The notes under the pieces: generated by a model
The model's input: only the letters and a program-made list of their open reading frames with translations
Database searches by the model: none
Told to the model about the DNA's origin: nothing
Shown: piece after piece, positions 8,274 through 18,713 of the stretch
Layout: every line of letters starts with the position of its first letter
Position numbering within the stretch: position 1 is the stretch's first letter
DNA from: an uncultured delta proteobacterium
Lineage (GTDB): Bacteria; Myxococcota; Myxococcia; Myxococcales; 40CM-4-68-19
Assembly: GCA_903911145.1 (NCBI GenBank)
Contig: CAIWCD010000013.1
Location: 62,001 to 126,000, forward strand
Direction of reading: 5' to 3'
DNA length: 64,000 nt
Position numbers and translations under genes: made by a program

Positions 8274-11102
8274 ATGCTGTCATCCGTCTCTCGCGCACTT
8301 CTCGCCTCGCTTCTCGCCGCCGTCGTTCTTGGCGCCTGCTCGAGCGGGTCCTCGCCCAGCACGTGCTCGACCTCGAGCGATTGCGCGACCGGACAGACCT
8401 GCCGCGCCGGCGAGTGCCTCGGCGCCGGGCAGTGCCCGAGCGGAATCCTCAGCTGCACCGCCTCGAGCCAGTGCGGCGCGGGCAATACCTGCGCGAGCGG
8501 ATGCTGCGCGCCCATCGAAGGCTGCGCGTCGAGCGCGGACTGCACCAGCGCTTCCCGCCCGCACTGCGACACCGGAAACCACGCCTGCGTGCCTTGCGCG
8601 AACAGCACGCAATGCTCGGGTGGAAAGGTCTGCACCGCAGCAGGTGCCTGCGAGTCGGCCTGCACGTCTGACAACAACTGCTCGGGCGCGACCTCTCACT
8701 GCGTACTTCCCGGTGGCTACTGCGGCCAGTGCACCGCCGACACGCAGTGCTCGGATTCAGCGCCGTTCTGCCAGAACAACGTCTGCGTCGGGTGCACCAG
8801 CAACGCCAACTGCGCAGCACCCACGAGCATCTGCGACACGTCGTCGAAGACCTGCGTCGTCTGCCTCGACGCGCAGAATCAGAACGGCGTCAACAGCGGC
8901 TGCCCGTCCGCGACCCCCGCATGCGAGAGCGGCGCTTGCGTCGCGTGCAACCCGGCGAACAACGCGAGCAGCGGCGCCAACGGGGCGTGCAGCGGCGCGA
9001 CGCCGAGTTGCGGCCCGGCCTCCACCTGCGTGGCCTGCACGCTCACCAGCGAGTGCACTCAGGGCAACGTCTGCGACTCCTCGGCCAACACCTGCGGGCC
9101 GGTCACGCTCGTCTCGTTCACCTCGTCGGCGTCGACCATCCTCGCGTCGGGGACCGCCACGCTGACGGCAACGCTCAATGGAGACGTGTCCTCTGCGACG
9201 ACGGTCAACGTCGACATCGCTGCGGATGGCGGAGTCGCGGGCTCGCTCGGCGCAAGCACGATCGTCATCGCGAGCGGACACCACAGCGGCACCGTCGTCT
9301 ACACAGCCCCGTCTGCAGGCGGCACGGCGACTGTCGAAGCGACGCTGGGCAGCACCACGCTCATCGCGGCAATTCACGTCAGCTCGGCAGCGCTCTCCGT
9401 TTCCAGCATCGACCTGCCCGCGAGCAGCGCACCGGGCAGCGCCGTCCAGGCGACGATCACGCTCTCGGCCGCGCCCAGCGCGGACACGGCGGTCACCGTC
9501 GCCGCGGACAACGGGTCGACGATCAATGGTGCGGCCAGCGCGAGCATCACCGTTCCATCCGGTAGCGCCACCTCCCCTGCGTTCACGCTTCAGCTCGCGT
9601 GCAACACCAGCGTGACGACGGTCACGACCACGCTGAACACAGTGAACAAGACGGCAACGGTCACGCTCGACAACTCGCAGCCGTCCGTCGCCTCGCTCTC
9701 CGCCTCGCCCACGTCGATTGCGATGGGCCAGCCCGTCGCGCTCACCGCCACGTTGACGAAGGCCGCGTCGTGCAAGGGCGTGCGCGTCCTGCTCGCGAGC
9801 TCCGTGCTCTACAACACCAACAGCAAGTACAACGGCTACGTTCCCAGCTACATCACGGTGCCGGCCGGCCAGACGAGCGTGACCGCGAACATCGTCCCGG
9901 AGTGCTACGGCGGCACCGGCGACCACGTGATCATCAGCGCCTCGACGCAAGGGACCGCCCCGGTGCAGATCGCCGCGCCCATCAACGTCGCGAACAACGC
10001 AGCCGGCTCGGTCGTCTTCTGCCCGATCTCTCCGATCACGGCGGACCGCCCGCTCACCTACGTTCTCGGCGACGGAGGAACCGCGCCGATGCCCGAGCTC
10101 ATCACGGTCGGATTCGGCCAGTACAAGGTGGACGGCGGTACCTACTCGGTCAGCTTCGCGGCGACGCTCGCCGACGGCGGCAGCTGCGGCATCTTCGAGG
10201 TCGATGGAGGAACCCTCTCGGGCGCGCTCTCCTTCCCCTTCGCGACCAAGACCGAGTTGAGCTTCCTGCCCACAGTGGCAGGCACGTGCACGCTCAATGC
10301 AACCGCCTCCATCACGCCGCAGGGCGGCTCGCTCTCGACGGTGCAGGCGGGGATCCCGTCGGTCTACAATCTGATCGACACCACCGCGCTGCAGCAGTCG
10401 TCGCCGACCGATCTTGTGCTCAGCAAGGCGGAGATCGACGAGAACACGCTGATCGGCACTGATGGCGGTACGAACCACGATGGCGGCGTCTTCGGAGATC
10501 TCGCGGAGTACGTCGAGATCTACAACCCGACGGCCGCGCCCATCGCGCTCGCCGCCTACTCGCTCGTCTTCGTCGGCGGTGCGTATGACAACTTCGACGG
10601 TGGCAGCGCGCAGGTAAAGGGCGAGTACAACACCATCGCGCTCTCGGGCAGCGTCGCCGCGGGCCACTATGCGATCGTGCAGGATCCAGGCGCGGGCATC
10701 GTCGCGTCGGGGACCATCGACGCGCTCATCCCGCTCACCACGCCGGCCGGAAACGCCTCGCTCACCGGCACGACGCCGTGGCGCGTGGGCAACATCTACA
10801 ATGCGCCCGGCGGCATCTTCCTGGTGAAGAATGCCGGCACGAACACGGCAGCGATCGTCGACGGAATCAACTACGGCGCGCCTGTGCAGCAGTGGGTCAG
10901 CCAGAGCATCACCGGCACCGCGGGCGGCGTCTTCTCCTGGCCGCCGTCGCCGCTTTTGCCGCTCGACAACTGGATCACGGACAATCCATTCGTGAATGGC
11001 TCACTCGTGCGCGTCGGGTTCACCGGTTCGCCGGCGCTCGACTGGGCCGACAGCACCACGGTGGTTCCGGGCGCCGCGAACACGACGATCACCGGGCCGT
11101 AA
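8274..11102 (+). CDS. Large lipoprotein: Cys-rich repeats, Ig-like beta-sandwich domains, C-terminal lamin-tail-like domain
   Basis: Lipobox LGAC; repeated CxxxxxC...C.C units; Thr/Ser/Ala-rich beta domains; EYVEIYNPTAAPIALAAYSL LTD-like motif; GGAGG RBS. Confidence 0.8.
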   Translation: MLSSVSRALLASLLAAVVLGACSSGSSPSTCSTSSDCATGQTCRAGECLGAGQCPSGILSCTASSQCGAGNTCASGCCAPIEGCASSADCTSASRPHCDTGNHACVPCANSTQCSGGKVCTAAGACESACTSDNNCSGATSHCVLPGGYCGQCTADTQCSDSAPFCQNNVCVGCTSNANCAAPTSICDTSSKTCVVCLDAQNQNGVNSGCPSATPACESGACVACNPANNASSGANGACSGATPSCGPASTCVACTLTSECTQGNVCDSSANTCGPVTLVSFTSSASTILASGTATLTATLNGDVSSATTVNVDIAADGGVAGSLGASTIVIASGHHSGTVVYTAPSAGGTATVEATLGSTTLIAAIHVSSAALSVSSIDLPASSAPGSAVQATITLSAAPSADTAVTVAADNGSTINGAASASITVPSGSATSPAFTLQLACNTSVTTVTTTLNTVNKTATVTLDNSQPSVASLSASPTSIAMGQPVALTATLTKAASCKGVRVLLASSVLYNTNSKYNGYVPSYITVPAGQTSVTANIVPECYGGTGDHVIISASTQGTAPVQIAAPINVANNAAGSVVFCPISPITADRPLTYVLGDGGTAPMPELITVGFGQYKVDGGTYSVSFAATLADGGSCGIFEVDGGTLSGALSFPFATKTELSFLPTVAGTCTLNATASITPQGGSLSTVQAGIPSVYNLIDTTALQQSSPTDLVLSKAEIDENTLIGTDGGTNHDGGVFGDLAEYVEIYNPTAAPIALAAYSLVFVGGAYDNFDGGSAQVKGEYNTIALSGSVAAGHYAIVQDPGAGIVASGTIDALIPLTTPAGNASLTGTTPWRVGNIYNAPGGIFLVKNAGTNTAAIVDGINYGAPVQQWVSQSITGTAGGVFSWPPSPLLPLDNWITDNPFVNGSLVRVGFTGSPALDWADSTTVVPGAANTTITGP

Positions 11103-11191
11103 TCGCGCTCGAGAGATCGTGCCGATGCAGTGTGGCCCGCGCGGACATCCTGTCGCGCGGGCCTCTCTGTCTCAAGGAGCTGCGCGGATCG

Positions 11192-11233
11192 TTTGAGTGC
11201 CAATCATTTGAATGCCAATCATTGGCACTCAAA
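11192..11233. repeat. Three 12-bp quasi-palindromic units at 15-bp period
   Basis: TTTGAGTGCCAA-TCA-TTTGAATGCCAA-TCA-TTGGCACTCAAA; the outer units are perfect inverted repeats. Confidence 0.85.
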
Positions 11234-12004
11234 CTATTTGTCTTGAGGCAGCAGCTTCTTGCCGGCGTTGTCGTAGCGCAGTGAGCGCGACACGCCCCAC
11301 TTGCAGAAGCGGTACTCGAACGCAGTGCCGAGCACGCCGAAGCCGTACGTCACGCTGCGCCGGAAGTTGATCGACGAAGCCTCGGCGAAATAGCGCGTCG
11401 GGCACGTCACCTCGCCGATGTCGAATCCGAACCAGAGCGACTGCGCGAGCATCTGGTTGTCGAAGACGAAGTCGTCCGAGTCCTCCTCGAGCGGCAACGT
11501 CTCGAGCAGCTTGCGCGAGAAGGCGCGATAGCCGGAGTGATATTCGGCGAGCTTGTATCCAAGCAGCAGGTTCTCGAACGCCGTCAGGCAGCGGTTCGCG
11601 ACGTAGCGCCAGAGCGGCATCCCGCCTGCTCGCGCGCCTTTTCCGAGGATGCGCGAACCGAGCACCGCATCGAAATGCCCGCTGGCGATCATGCCGGCCA
11701 TCGCGGGAATCAGCCGCGGCGAATATTGATAGTCGGGGTGGAGCATGACGACGATGTCGGCTCCGCGCGCGAGAGCGGCCGCGTAGCAGGTCTTCTGGTT
11801 GCCACCATATCCACGGTTCTTCTCGTGGCGGATGACGTGCAGCCCGAGGCGCTTGGCCACGTCCACCGTCTGATCGCGCGAAGCATCGTCGACGAGGATG
11901 AGATCGTCGACGATGGTGCGATCGATCTCAGCGACCGTGCGCTCCACCGTCGCAGCGGCGTTGTAGGCAGGCATCACCACGGCGACACGGCGTCCCGAGA
12001 TCAC
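11234..12004 (-). CDS. Glycosyltransferase family 2 (DPM-synthase-like)
   Basis: VVMPAYNAA, ILVDDASRD, NRGYGGNQK, HPDYQY, GYRAFSR. Confidence 0.92.
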   Translation of the reverse strand: MISGRRVAVVMPAYNAAATVERTVAEIDRTIVDDLILVDDASRDQTVDVAKRLGLHVIRHEKNRGYGGNQKTCYAAALARGADIVVMLHPDYQYSPRLIPAMAGMIASGHFDAVLGSRILGKGARAGGMPLWRYVANRCLTAFENLLLGYKLAEYHSGYRAFSRKLLETLPLEEDSDDFVFDNQMLAQSLWFGFDIGEVTCPTRYFAEASSINFRRSVTYGFGVLGTAFEYRFCKWGVSRSLRYDNAGKKLLPQDK

Positions 12005-12044
12005 ATGAACTCCTCTGCGCGTGCAGTCGCACGTCGCGCGTTTC

Positions 12045-12524
12045 TCACTGCGCGCGGCTCTTGGCCAGCTTGAGAATGAAATCGAATTCAGACTTGCGGA
12101 CGGGCTGTACCGAGAGTCGCTGTCCGCGCTGAAGCAGCGCCATCTCCTTCAGCGCCGGCAGGCCGCGCAGCTCCTCGAGCGTCACCGGGCGAGCGAGCTT
12201 CTGCACCGCACGCACGTCGACCTGGAACCACTGCGGCGACTCGCGCTTCGACTTGGGGTCGAAGTGATGGTCGCGCGGATCGAACTGCGTTGGATCGACG
12301 TGCCCCTCCTTCGCGATTTCGGCGACGCCCACGATGGCCATCGGAGGAATCCGCGAGTGGTAGATAAGCACGCCGTCGCCGACCTTCATGTCGTCGCGCA
12401 GGAAGTTTCGCGCCTGGAAGTTGCGCACGCCGTCCCAGCCGCTCGTCTGCTGCGGCGCCGCAAGCAGATCATCGAACGAGAAGACGTCAGGCTCGGTCTT
12501 CAGCAGCCAATATCGTCGAGGCAC
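12045..12524 (-). CDS. EVE domain protein
   Basis: YWLLKTEPDVFSFDDL, WDGVRNFQARNFLR, YHS, RLSVQPV; start trimmed to GTG 12524. Confidence 0.92.
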   Translation of the reverse strand: MPRRYWLLKTEPDVFSFDDLLAAPQQTSGWDGVRNFQARNFLRDDMKVGDGVLIYHSRIPPMAIVGVAEIAKEGHVDPTQFDPRDHHFDPKSKRESPQWFQVDVRAVQKLARPVTLEELRGLPALKEMALLQRGQRLSVQPVRKSEFDFILKLAKSRAQ

Positions 12525-12598
12525 AGGGCGAAGATCTCCGAGGCGGTGGAGGCGAAGAGCGGACGCTTGTAGCACGCCGCGTCCGGCCGTCGAGCAGG

Positions 12599-13033
12599 TC
12601 ACGGAACTTCGTCGGTGCCGCTCACCTGCACGAGCTCGATGCCGAGCGTTTTGGCGACATCGAAGATGCGCTCGTCCCGATAGAACTCGCCATAGACGAT
12701 CCGCTTGAGGCCCGCGTTCGCGATCAATTTGAAGCAGGGCCAACAGGGGCTTGCGGTCGTGTAGATGTCCGCGCCCTCGATGCGCACGCCGTTCTTCGCC
12801 GCCTGAAGAATCGAGTTGGCTTCGGCGTGGATGGTCGCGACGCAGTGGCCGTTCTCCAGCATGTGCCCTGCGTCGTTGCAGTGGGGCATGCCGCGGATCG
12901 AGCCGTTGTAGCCGGTCGAGAGGATCGTCCGGTCGCGCACCAGCAGCGCACCGACGTGCTTGCGGTCGCAGGTGGCGCGCGAGGCAACCACCGTGGCAAT
13001 CCGCATGAAATAGGCATCCCAGGAAGCGCGCAT
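12599..13033 (-). CDS. dCMP deaminase / ComEB family zinc deaminase
   Basis: SWDAYFM, RATC, VGALLV, TGYNG, HAEANSI, PCWPC. Confidence 0.92.
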   Translation of the reverse strand: MRASWDAYFMRIATVVASRATCDRKHVGALLVRDRTILSTGYNGSIRGMPHCNDAGHMLENGHCVATIHAEANSILQAAKNGVRIEGADIYTTASPCWPCFKLIANAGLKRIVYGEFYRDERIFDVAKTLGIELVQVSGTDEVP

Positions 13034-13142
13034 CGCGGCAGAATCGTCGCAGCCGCCAGAGCCGTCAAACCATTGCTGAACGACGGCGGGAGACGGAGGT
13101 CGCTTGCAGCGCAACCGCTGCTCGCACAAGGTGTCGCCGCCG

Positions 13143-14090
13143 ATGAAACCGAATCGATCCTTCAGACCACTCCCGACGCTCCTCGTCGGCTTCGGCGTGG
13201 GGCTCTTCTTCGCGAGCCTCGACAAGGTCCTTCCCGACCAGACCGCGAAGGGAGCGCTCCACGGAGTCGTCGTCGCCATCGACTGGCTCGCTCCACCGAT
13301 CGCGGGACTCTTCTTTGGCGGAGCGATCCTCTACTCGATGAGGCACCGCTCGATGCTCGCTGCGGAGCGGACGGCAGCCGGGGTGCTCGCCGAGCGGCTC
13401 GCCGGAACAGAGCGACGGCAGGCCCTCTGGGTCGTGGCCGCAGCCGTCGCGCACGACCTGAAGAACCCACTTCACAATCTGCAGCTGCTGCTCGAGGAAC
13501 TCGAGAGTGATCCACAGCGACACGCCGAGCTCGTTCCGCGGCTGCGCACGAATCTTGGGCGGGCCACCGAGAGGCTCTCGGAGCTCTCGCACGCAGGCCG
13601 TGCACCGGACGAAGCGGTCACACCGGTGCGCCTCGAGGAGATGCTCATCGAGCTGCGGGGACGATTGCAGTCACTCGCCACGGCAGCGAAGACCACGCTG
13701 GTCATCGACTGCCCACGCGACCTCGCGGTGCAGGCCGACGCGCTCGCCCTGCGCTCGGCGGTGGAGAACGTCGCGGCCAATGCGCTCGAGGCGATCGCGC
13801 GTCGGGGCACGGGAGGCTCACTGCGCCTGAGCGCCAGGCCCGTGGGGGGCGGGAGCGATCTCATCGAGCTGCTCGCCGAAGACGATGGCCCGGGAATTCC
13901 AGAGCGCCTGCGCGAGCGGCTCTTCACCCCATTCACGACCGGCAGCGAATCGGGCACGGGACTCGGTCTCGCCATCGCCCGCGCCATCGCTCGCGCCAGC
14001 GGCGGCGACCTCGCCTGCGTCGATTCGATGCCGGGCCACACGACCTTCCGCTTCACCTTCCACGGCCCCGACGGCGCATCGCTGTCCTGA
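13143..14090 (+). CDS. Membrane sensor histidine kinase
   Basis: Two hydrophobic segments, VAHDLKNPL (H box), NVAANALEA (N), EDDGPGI (G1), LFTPF, GTGLGL (G2). Confidence 0.92.
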   Translation: MKPNRSFRPLPTLLVGFGVGLFFASLDKVLPDQTAKGALHGVVVAIDWLAPPIAGLFFGGAILYSMRHRSMLAAERTAAGVLAERLAGTERRQALWVVAAAVAHDLKNPLHNLQLLLEELESDPQRHAELVPRLRTNLGRATERLSELSHAGRAPDEAVTPVRLEEMLIELRGRLQSLATAAKTTLVIDCPRDLAVQADALALRSAVENVAANALEAIARRGTGGSLRLSARPVGGGSDLIELLAEDDGPGIPERLRERLFTPFTTGSESGTGLGLAIARAIARASGGDLACVDSMPGHTTFRFTFHGPDGASLS

Positions 14091-14134
14091 CGTCGAGGAG
14101 CGAGACGCCAACGCCTTTTTCACGAGGAGCACGC

Positions 14135-14770
14135 ATGATCCCGATCGAGAGAAACGACCACCAACAGCGCACCACGCCCACGCACCGCAAGATGCTGCTC
14201 GTCGAGGATGAGACCGACGCGCGCACGATCCTCTCGCGCCGTATGGCCGCCTACAATTGGAACTGCCTGGCGCACGCGTCGGCTGAATCGGCGCTGAAGG
14301 ATCCGGAGCTGCGCCACGTCGAGGCGGTGGTCGCCGACGTCGTGCTCGGAGAGGGAAAGCTCTCCGGCATCGAGCTCATCCTCGAGCTGCGCAAGCTGGA
14401 CGTGCGCGCGCCCGTTGTGCTCGTGACTGCGTTCGCGGATCAGCAGCGAGTCAAGGCCGCGCTCAACACCGGCGCGTCGTATCTGCTCGAGAAGCCGTTC
14501 ACCACCGAGGCGCTGCGCAACGTGCTCGACAAGGTGACAACGGTCGACATCGATCTCGCACGCCTGGTCAATCGCGCGCTCGCGCGTGCACGGCTGACGA
14601 AGAAGGAGGAGGAGGTCGCGCGCCTGGTGCTCAAGGGGCTCACGTCCGCGGAGATCGGCGCGATGATGGGCAACAGTGAGAAGACCATCAAGCAGCACCT
14701 CACGCAGGTCTACTCGAAGCTCGGCGTCACCGGCCGCGCAGAGTTCTTCCACCTCGTCTTCCCGAGCTGA
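14135..14770 (+). CDS. Response regulator, REC + LuxR-type HTH
   Basis: LLVEDE, VVADVVL, VTAF, EKPF; LTKKEEEVARLVLKGLTSAEIG...KLGV. Confidence 0.92.
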   Translation: MIPIERNDHQQRTTPTHRKMLLVEDETDARTILSRRMAAYNWNCLAHASAESALKDPELRHVEAVVADVVLGEGKLSGIELILELRKLDVRAPVVLVTAFADQQRVKAALNTGASYLLEKPFTTEALRNVLDKVTTVDIDLARLVNRALARARLTKKEEEVARLVLKGLTSAEIGAMMGNSEKTIKQHLTQVYSKLGVTGRAEFFHLVFPS

Positions 14771-14817
14771 GGAGCGTTCGCAGTTGCGCGCATGCGGTAA
14801 AGTTTGCTCCCTCGCCG

Positions 14818-15345
14818 ATGCGCGTGCAGGATTCCCTCGTGCTCGCAGCTCTCCATCCGTTCCTCATCCATTTCGCGATCGGACTGTTGCTCGTCGGTCC
14901 CGCGATGGACACGATCGGGCTGCTGCTGCGCCGTGAGACGCTGCTGCTCACAGGCCGATGGAACGCGATCATCGGCGCGGCGATCCTCGTGCTCGTCGAG
15001 CTGACAGGCTTCGCGGCAGAGGCGGAGCTCGGGCCGCACAGCGCTGCGGGCGAAGCGCTGCTCCACCTGCACGCGGCCCTCGGACATCTCTGCGTTGCGA
15101 TCTGGGTGCCGGTCGCGCTCTGGCGCGCGCTGGTGAAGTCGGTGCTACCGGTCCGGCTGCGCACTCTCTATCTCGTGCTCAGCTACACGGGCGCAGCGCT
15201 CATCTTCTCGCAAGCGGCACTCGGTGCGACGCTCGTCTATCGCCACGGAGTTGGACTCAACGCAGCCGCGCGTGCCGAACCGATGGTCCACCGGCCCGCC
15301 GCACCGGGCGCGATCGATCATCCGGAGTTGGTGCCGAAGAATTAG
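14818..15345 (+). CDS. DUF2231-like membrane protein
   Basis: LHPFLIHFAIG, conserved His, GATLVYRHGVG. Confidence 0.8.
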   Translation: MRVQDSLVLAALHPFLIHFAIGLLLVGPAMDTIGLLLRRETLLLTGRWNAIIGAAILVLVELTGFAAEAELGPHSAAGEALLHLHAALGHLCVAIWVPVALWRALVKSVLPVRLRTLYLVLSYTGAALIFSQAALGATLVYRHGVGLNAAARAEPMVHRPAAPGAIDHPELVPKN

Positions 15346-15363
15346 TTGCTTCGTGCAACCATT

Positions 15364-16932
15364 TCAGCGCGGCGCAATCGGCGTCGTCGCAAAGCCTTGC
15401 TGGGCGCGGGCCTCATCTTCGAGATGGATCATCGCCGCGAGCACGCGATGCTCTTCCCACGGCCGCCCAATCACCTGCACGCCGACGGGCAGGCCCGCGC
15501 TGCCTTCGTCGATCGCCGTCGCCATCTTCGCGAGCCGCGACGCAACTGGAGCGCGTGTCGTCTCGCCCGCGCGCACGGTCGTGAACGGGAACACGCCCGC
15601 GGGCAGCTGCAGCACATTGAAGATCGACGCGTAGGCACCGCCGGGCATGAACTCACGCGTCGACGTGTGCTGCGCCGCTGGCGTCGAGAACGGCGGGCAG
15701 ATGAGCAGATCGATCTCCTGCTTCGCCATTGCGTCGAGGAACGTCTGGCGTGCCGCGCGCACCTGCGCCGTGAGCGACCAGAACTCCTGCACGGGCCTGC
15801 GGCCGAGGCGCTCGATCACCTCGGCGACTTTCGGGTCGCCATTCCTGCGCATCAGATGCGCTGCGATCGCGCGCAGGCCGCGGCCGAGACGGAAGTTGCG
15901 CAGCAGCGTGCCGACCACCTCGTCCTTCGCGCCGCCAGCAAGTGCGCGCGTCACCGTCGCGCCGCCGTCCGAGCCGACCGCGCTCGCTTGAAATGCATAG
16001 AGGCTGACGACGTCCGGGATCTCGAACGGCATCACGCTGCACCCCGCGCTTCGCAGGAACTGCGCGGCCTGGTCGACAGCGCGCGTGATCGCCTGCGACG
16101 GCGCGACGAAGAACGGCCCCGGTGCCACGACACCGATGCGCAGGCTCTTCACGTCGATCGTCTCCGGATTCGTCCACGCAATCGGAGGCACGCGTCCATC
16201 GGCCTGGGCCATCCAGTGCGGATCGAGCGTCGAAAACCAGAGTGCAAGGTCGCGAGAGGTTCGCGCCATCGGCCCCGGCATTCCGCGCACCGCTTCCTGG
16301 CCCGGTAGACCGGTCTGACAACCGCGCGCGGGAATTCGATCGAGCGTCGGCTTGAGCCCTGCGGTCCCCGTGAAGTGCGCGGGCACGCGAATCGATCCGC
16401 CGAGATCGCTGCCGAGACCAAGCGGAGAAAGGCCCGCAGCGATCGCAGCCGATTCGCCGCCCGACGATCCGCCCGGCGTCCGCTTGAGATCGAACGGGTT
16501 GTTGACCGCGCCCCAGATCGGATTTCGCGATTCGTACGAGAGCAACAGCTGCGGCGTATTCGTGCGGCCGAGTATGACTGCGGAGTTCTCGCGCAGATGC
16601 TCGACGAGCGCCGCGTCTCGCGTGGCCTTGCTCGCGAGACGAGATGGAATGCCCAACGTCGTCGGCCTGCCCGCGATGTCGAAGCACTCCTTCACCGTCA
16701 CGGGCAAACCGTGCAACGGCGACTTCGCCTCGCCGCGCGATCGCGTCTCGTCGGCTCTGGTGGCTGCCGCGAGCGCTTCGTCGCGCAACACCTCGGTGAA
16801 CGCGTGCAGCGCGCCATCGTGCTCGGCGATGCGATCGAGATGCGCCTGCGTCACTTCGCGCGAGCTGACTTCCTTCTTCGCGAGCAGGGAACTGAGCTGC
16901 GTGGCGGAGAGGCTCCAGAGCGGTTCGGACAT
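15364..16932 (-). CDS. Amidase signature family enzyme
   Basis: PLHGLPVTVKE, TPGGSSGGES, GSDLGGSIRVPA, GLPVGVQ. Confidence 0.93.
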   Translation of the reverse strand: MSEPLWSLSATQLSSLLAKKEVSSREVTQAHLDRIAEHDGALHAFTEVLRDEALAAATRADETRSRGEAKSPLHGLPVTVKECFDIAGRPTTLGIPSRLASKATRDAALVEHLRENSAVILGRTNTPQLLLSYESRNPIWGAVNNPFDLKRTPGGSSGGESAAIAAGLSPLGLGSDLGGSIRVPAHFTGTAGLKPTLDRIPARGCQTGLPGQEAVRGMPGPMARTSRDLALWFSTLDPHWMAQADGRVPPIAWTNPETIDVKSLRIGVVAPGPFFVAPSQAITRAVDQAAQFLRSAGCSVMPFEIPDVVSLYAFQASAVGSDGGATVTRALAGGAKDEVVGTLLRNFRLGRGLRAIAAHLMRRNGDPKVAEVIERLGRRPVQEFWSLTAQVRAARQTFLDAMAKQEIDLLICPPFSTPAAQHTSTREFMPGGAYASIFNVLQLPAGVFPFTTVRAGETTRAPVASRLAKMATAIDEGSAGLPVGVQVIGRPWEEHRVLAAMIHLEDEARAQQGFATTPIAPR

Positions 16933-16941
16933 GCCGAGACT

Positions 16942-18513
16942 CTAGCGTCGTGCGTGCGTGGGGCTGCGTCCCGCGAGCTGGATCGCCGGCACCACGAGCG
17001 AGCGCGAGTGTCCGCCGTGCTCCGCCGTCACGCGCAGCGAGACGACGCCGATCAGTCCGAAGACGACCACGCCCAGGCCCATCCAGCTCCAGATTGCCGA
17101 GCGGCCCGCCGACTTGCGCTTGGTGCGCGGAGCGAGCTCCATCACGGGCGAGAGGCCCGCGAGACGCTCGAGCACGTGCGCGAGTTCCAGCGCGCTGTGC
17201 GGGCGCTTGCTCGGCTCGAGCTCGAGGCAGCGCTCGACGAGCTGATCCCAATCGGACGAGAGCTGCGGCACGACCTTCGACGGCGCGGGGAAGCGGCCAA
17301 CCGGCAGTTCGCCCGTCAGCAGCTCGTACGTCATCACGCCGAACGAGTAGAGATCGGCGCGCAGGTCGACATGCTTGGCGTCCTTGCGCTGCTCGGGCGC
17401 CATGTAGTTCGCGGTGCCCATCGCGACGTTGCTCTGCGTGAGGCACTCCGCGCCCTGCACGTAGAGACCGGCGAGGCCGAAGTCGAGCACCTTCGTCTTC
17501 TGATCCGACTGCACGATCACGTTGTCCGGCTTGAGATCCCGATGCACGACGCCGCGCGCGTGCGCATAGGCGAGCGCGTGCGCGACCTGCGAGAGGAGCT
17601 TCGCGAGCAGTCGCGGAGACGGACGATTCTGATGCGCGAACGTGCGCAGCGAAACGCCATCGATCAGCTCCATCGAGATCCAGCAGTGCGGACCGCTGCG
17701 GCCGCGATCGAGAAGACGCACGATGCCGGGATGATCGAGCTGCGCCATCGCAGACGCCTCGCGCTCGAACCGCTTCACGTAGTCGGGAACGACGGCGAGC
17801 GACTGCGAGAGGACCTTCACCGCGAGAGGACGACCGTCGCTCTTGTTGCAGCGATAGACCTCGCCCATGCCTCCCTGCCCGATGCGCTCGAGGACGGTGA
17901 AGCCATCGATGTGCGGCAGAATGGGAGCCGGCGCGGGTGCGCGCTCCGGAGTCGTCTCGACCACAGCAGGCTTGGCCGGCGCGTTCGGCGCACGCACGAC
18001 AGCGAGCGGGCGCACCGGTTCCACTGCGCGAGGAGCGGCGAGAGCTGCACCGTCATCCTTGCGAATGACTTCGATGGGACGCGCGGGATTTTCACGCGCC
18101 GCGAAATTCTGCGTGAGCGGCTGGGCCGCGACAGGAGCGGGCCGCGGCGCTTGCGCCTTGTTCATCTGCGGATCCGACGGAAGCGTCTTCGCATCGCCGA
18201 GGCCCAGCTCATCCCACTTCGGCGCGGAGGCCTCCGGCCAGATCGGCTGCTCGACGAGCTGCTTCGACGGCGCAGCCCACGCGGGATCCTGCCCGATGAG
18301 CGGCTGCGCGTTCGGCTGCACCACAGGCGGAGGCGGCGTCTTGCGCCGCTCGGTCGCGACCGGCCGACTGACCTGAAAACGCACGCCACAGCGCGCACAG
18401 CGGACGAGCGCACCGGCCACGAACGTGCTGACATCTGCACGCGCCTCGCAGTTCGGGCACCGCTGAATGATCCGTGCTCGCGGGTCCGGCGTGTTCGCAG
18501 GCTGCTCGGCCAT
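16942..18513 (-). CDS. Hanks-type Ser/Thr protein kinase with N-terminal zinc ribbon and C-terminal TM helix
   Basis: CPNC..CARC; IGQGGMGEVY, AVKVL, HRDLKPDN, DFGLA, GTANYMAPEQ. Confidence 0.94.
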   Translation of the reverse strand: MAEQPANTPDPRARIIQRCPNCEARADVSTFVAGALVRCARCGVRFQVSRPVATERRKTPPPPVVQPNAQPLIGQDPAWAAPSKQLVEQPIWPEASAPKWDELGLGDAKTLPSDPQMNKAQAPRPAPVAAQPLTQNFAARENPARPIEVIRKDDGAALAAPRAVEPVRPLAVVRAPNAPAKPAVVETTPERAPAPAPILPHIDGFTVLERIGQGGMGEVYRCNKSDGRPLAVKVLSQSLAVVPDYVKRFEREASAMAQLDHPGIVRLLDRGRSGPHCWISMELIDGVSLRTFAHQNRPSPRLLAKLLSQVAHALAYAHARGVVHRDLKPDNVIVQSDQKTKVLDFGLAGLYVQGAECLTQSNVAMGTANYMAPEQRKDAKHVDLRADLYSFGVMTYELLTGELPVGRFPAPSKVVPQLSSDWDQLVERCLELEPSKRPHSALELAHVLERLAGLSPVMELAPRTKRKSAGRSAIWSWMGLGVVVFGLIGVVSLRVTAEHGGHSRSLVVPAIQLAGRSPTHARR

Positions 18514-18604
18514 CGATCCTCCAGGTTACGTACTGCGTTCGATCCCCGCACATTGGCTCGCGCGATCAGGAGCGCAAGTTTTTGACGACATTTTTTTCAG
18601 GAAT

Positions 18605-18634
18605 GTTTGCAGCGCCGATCGGCGCGCTGCAAAC
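18605..18634. repeat. Perfect 11-bp inverted repeat between cyclase and kinase genes
   Basis: GTTTGCAGCGC-cgatcggc-GCGCTGCAAAC. Confidence 0.55.
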
Positions 18635-18713
18635 GGCGCAGGGACCGGACGGGGGGGCGAAGTGAATGCAGTGACGATCGATTGATGCGCGAGGGCTCTG
18701 CCGGACAGCGCGG

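Noticed and set aside
11222..11233. Reading TTGGCAC in the 12-bp motif as a sigma54 -24 box
   Set aside because: No TTGC at the -12 spacing, and copies sit at gene ends or inside genes.
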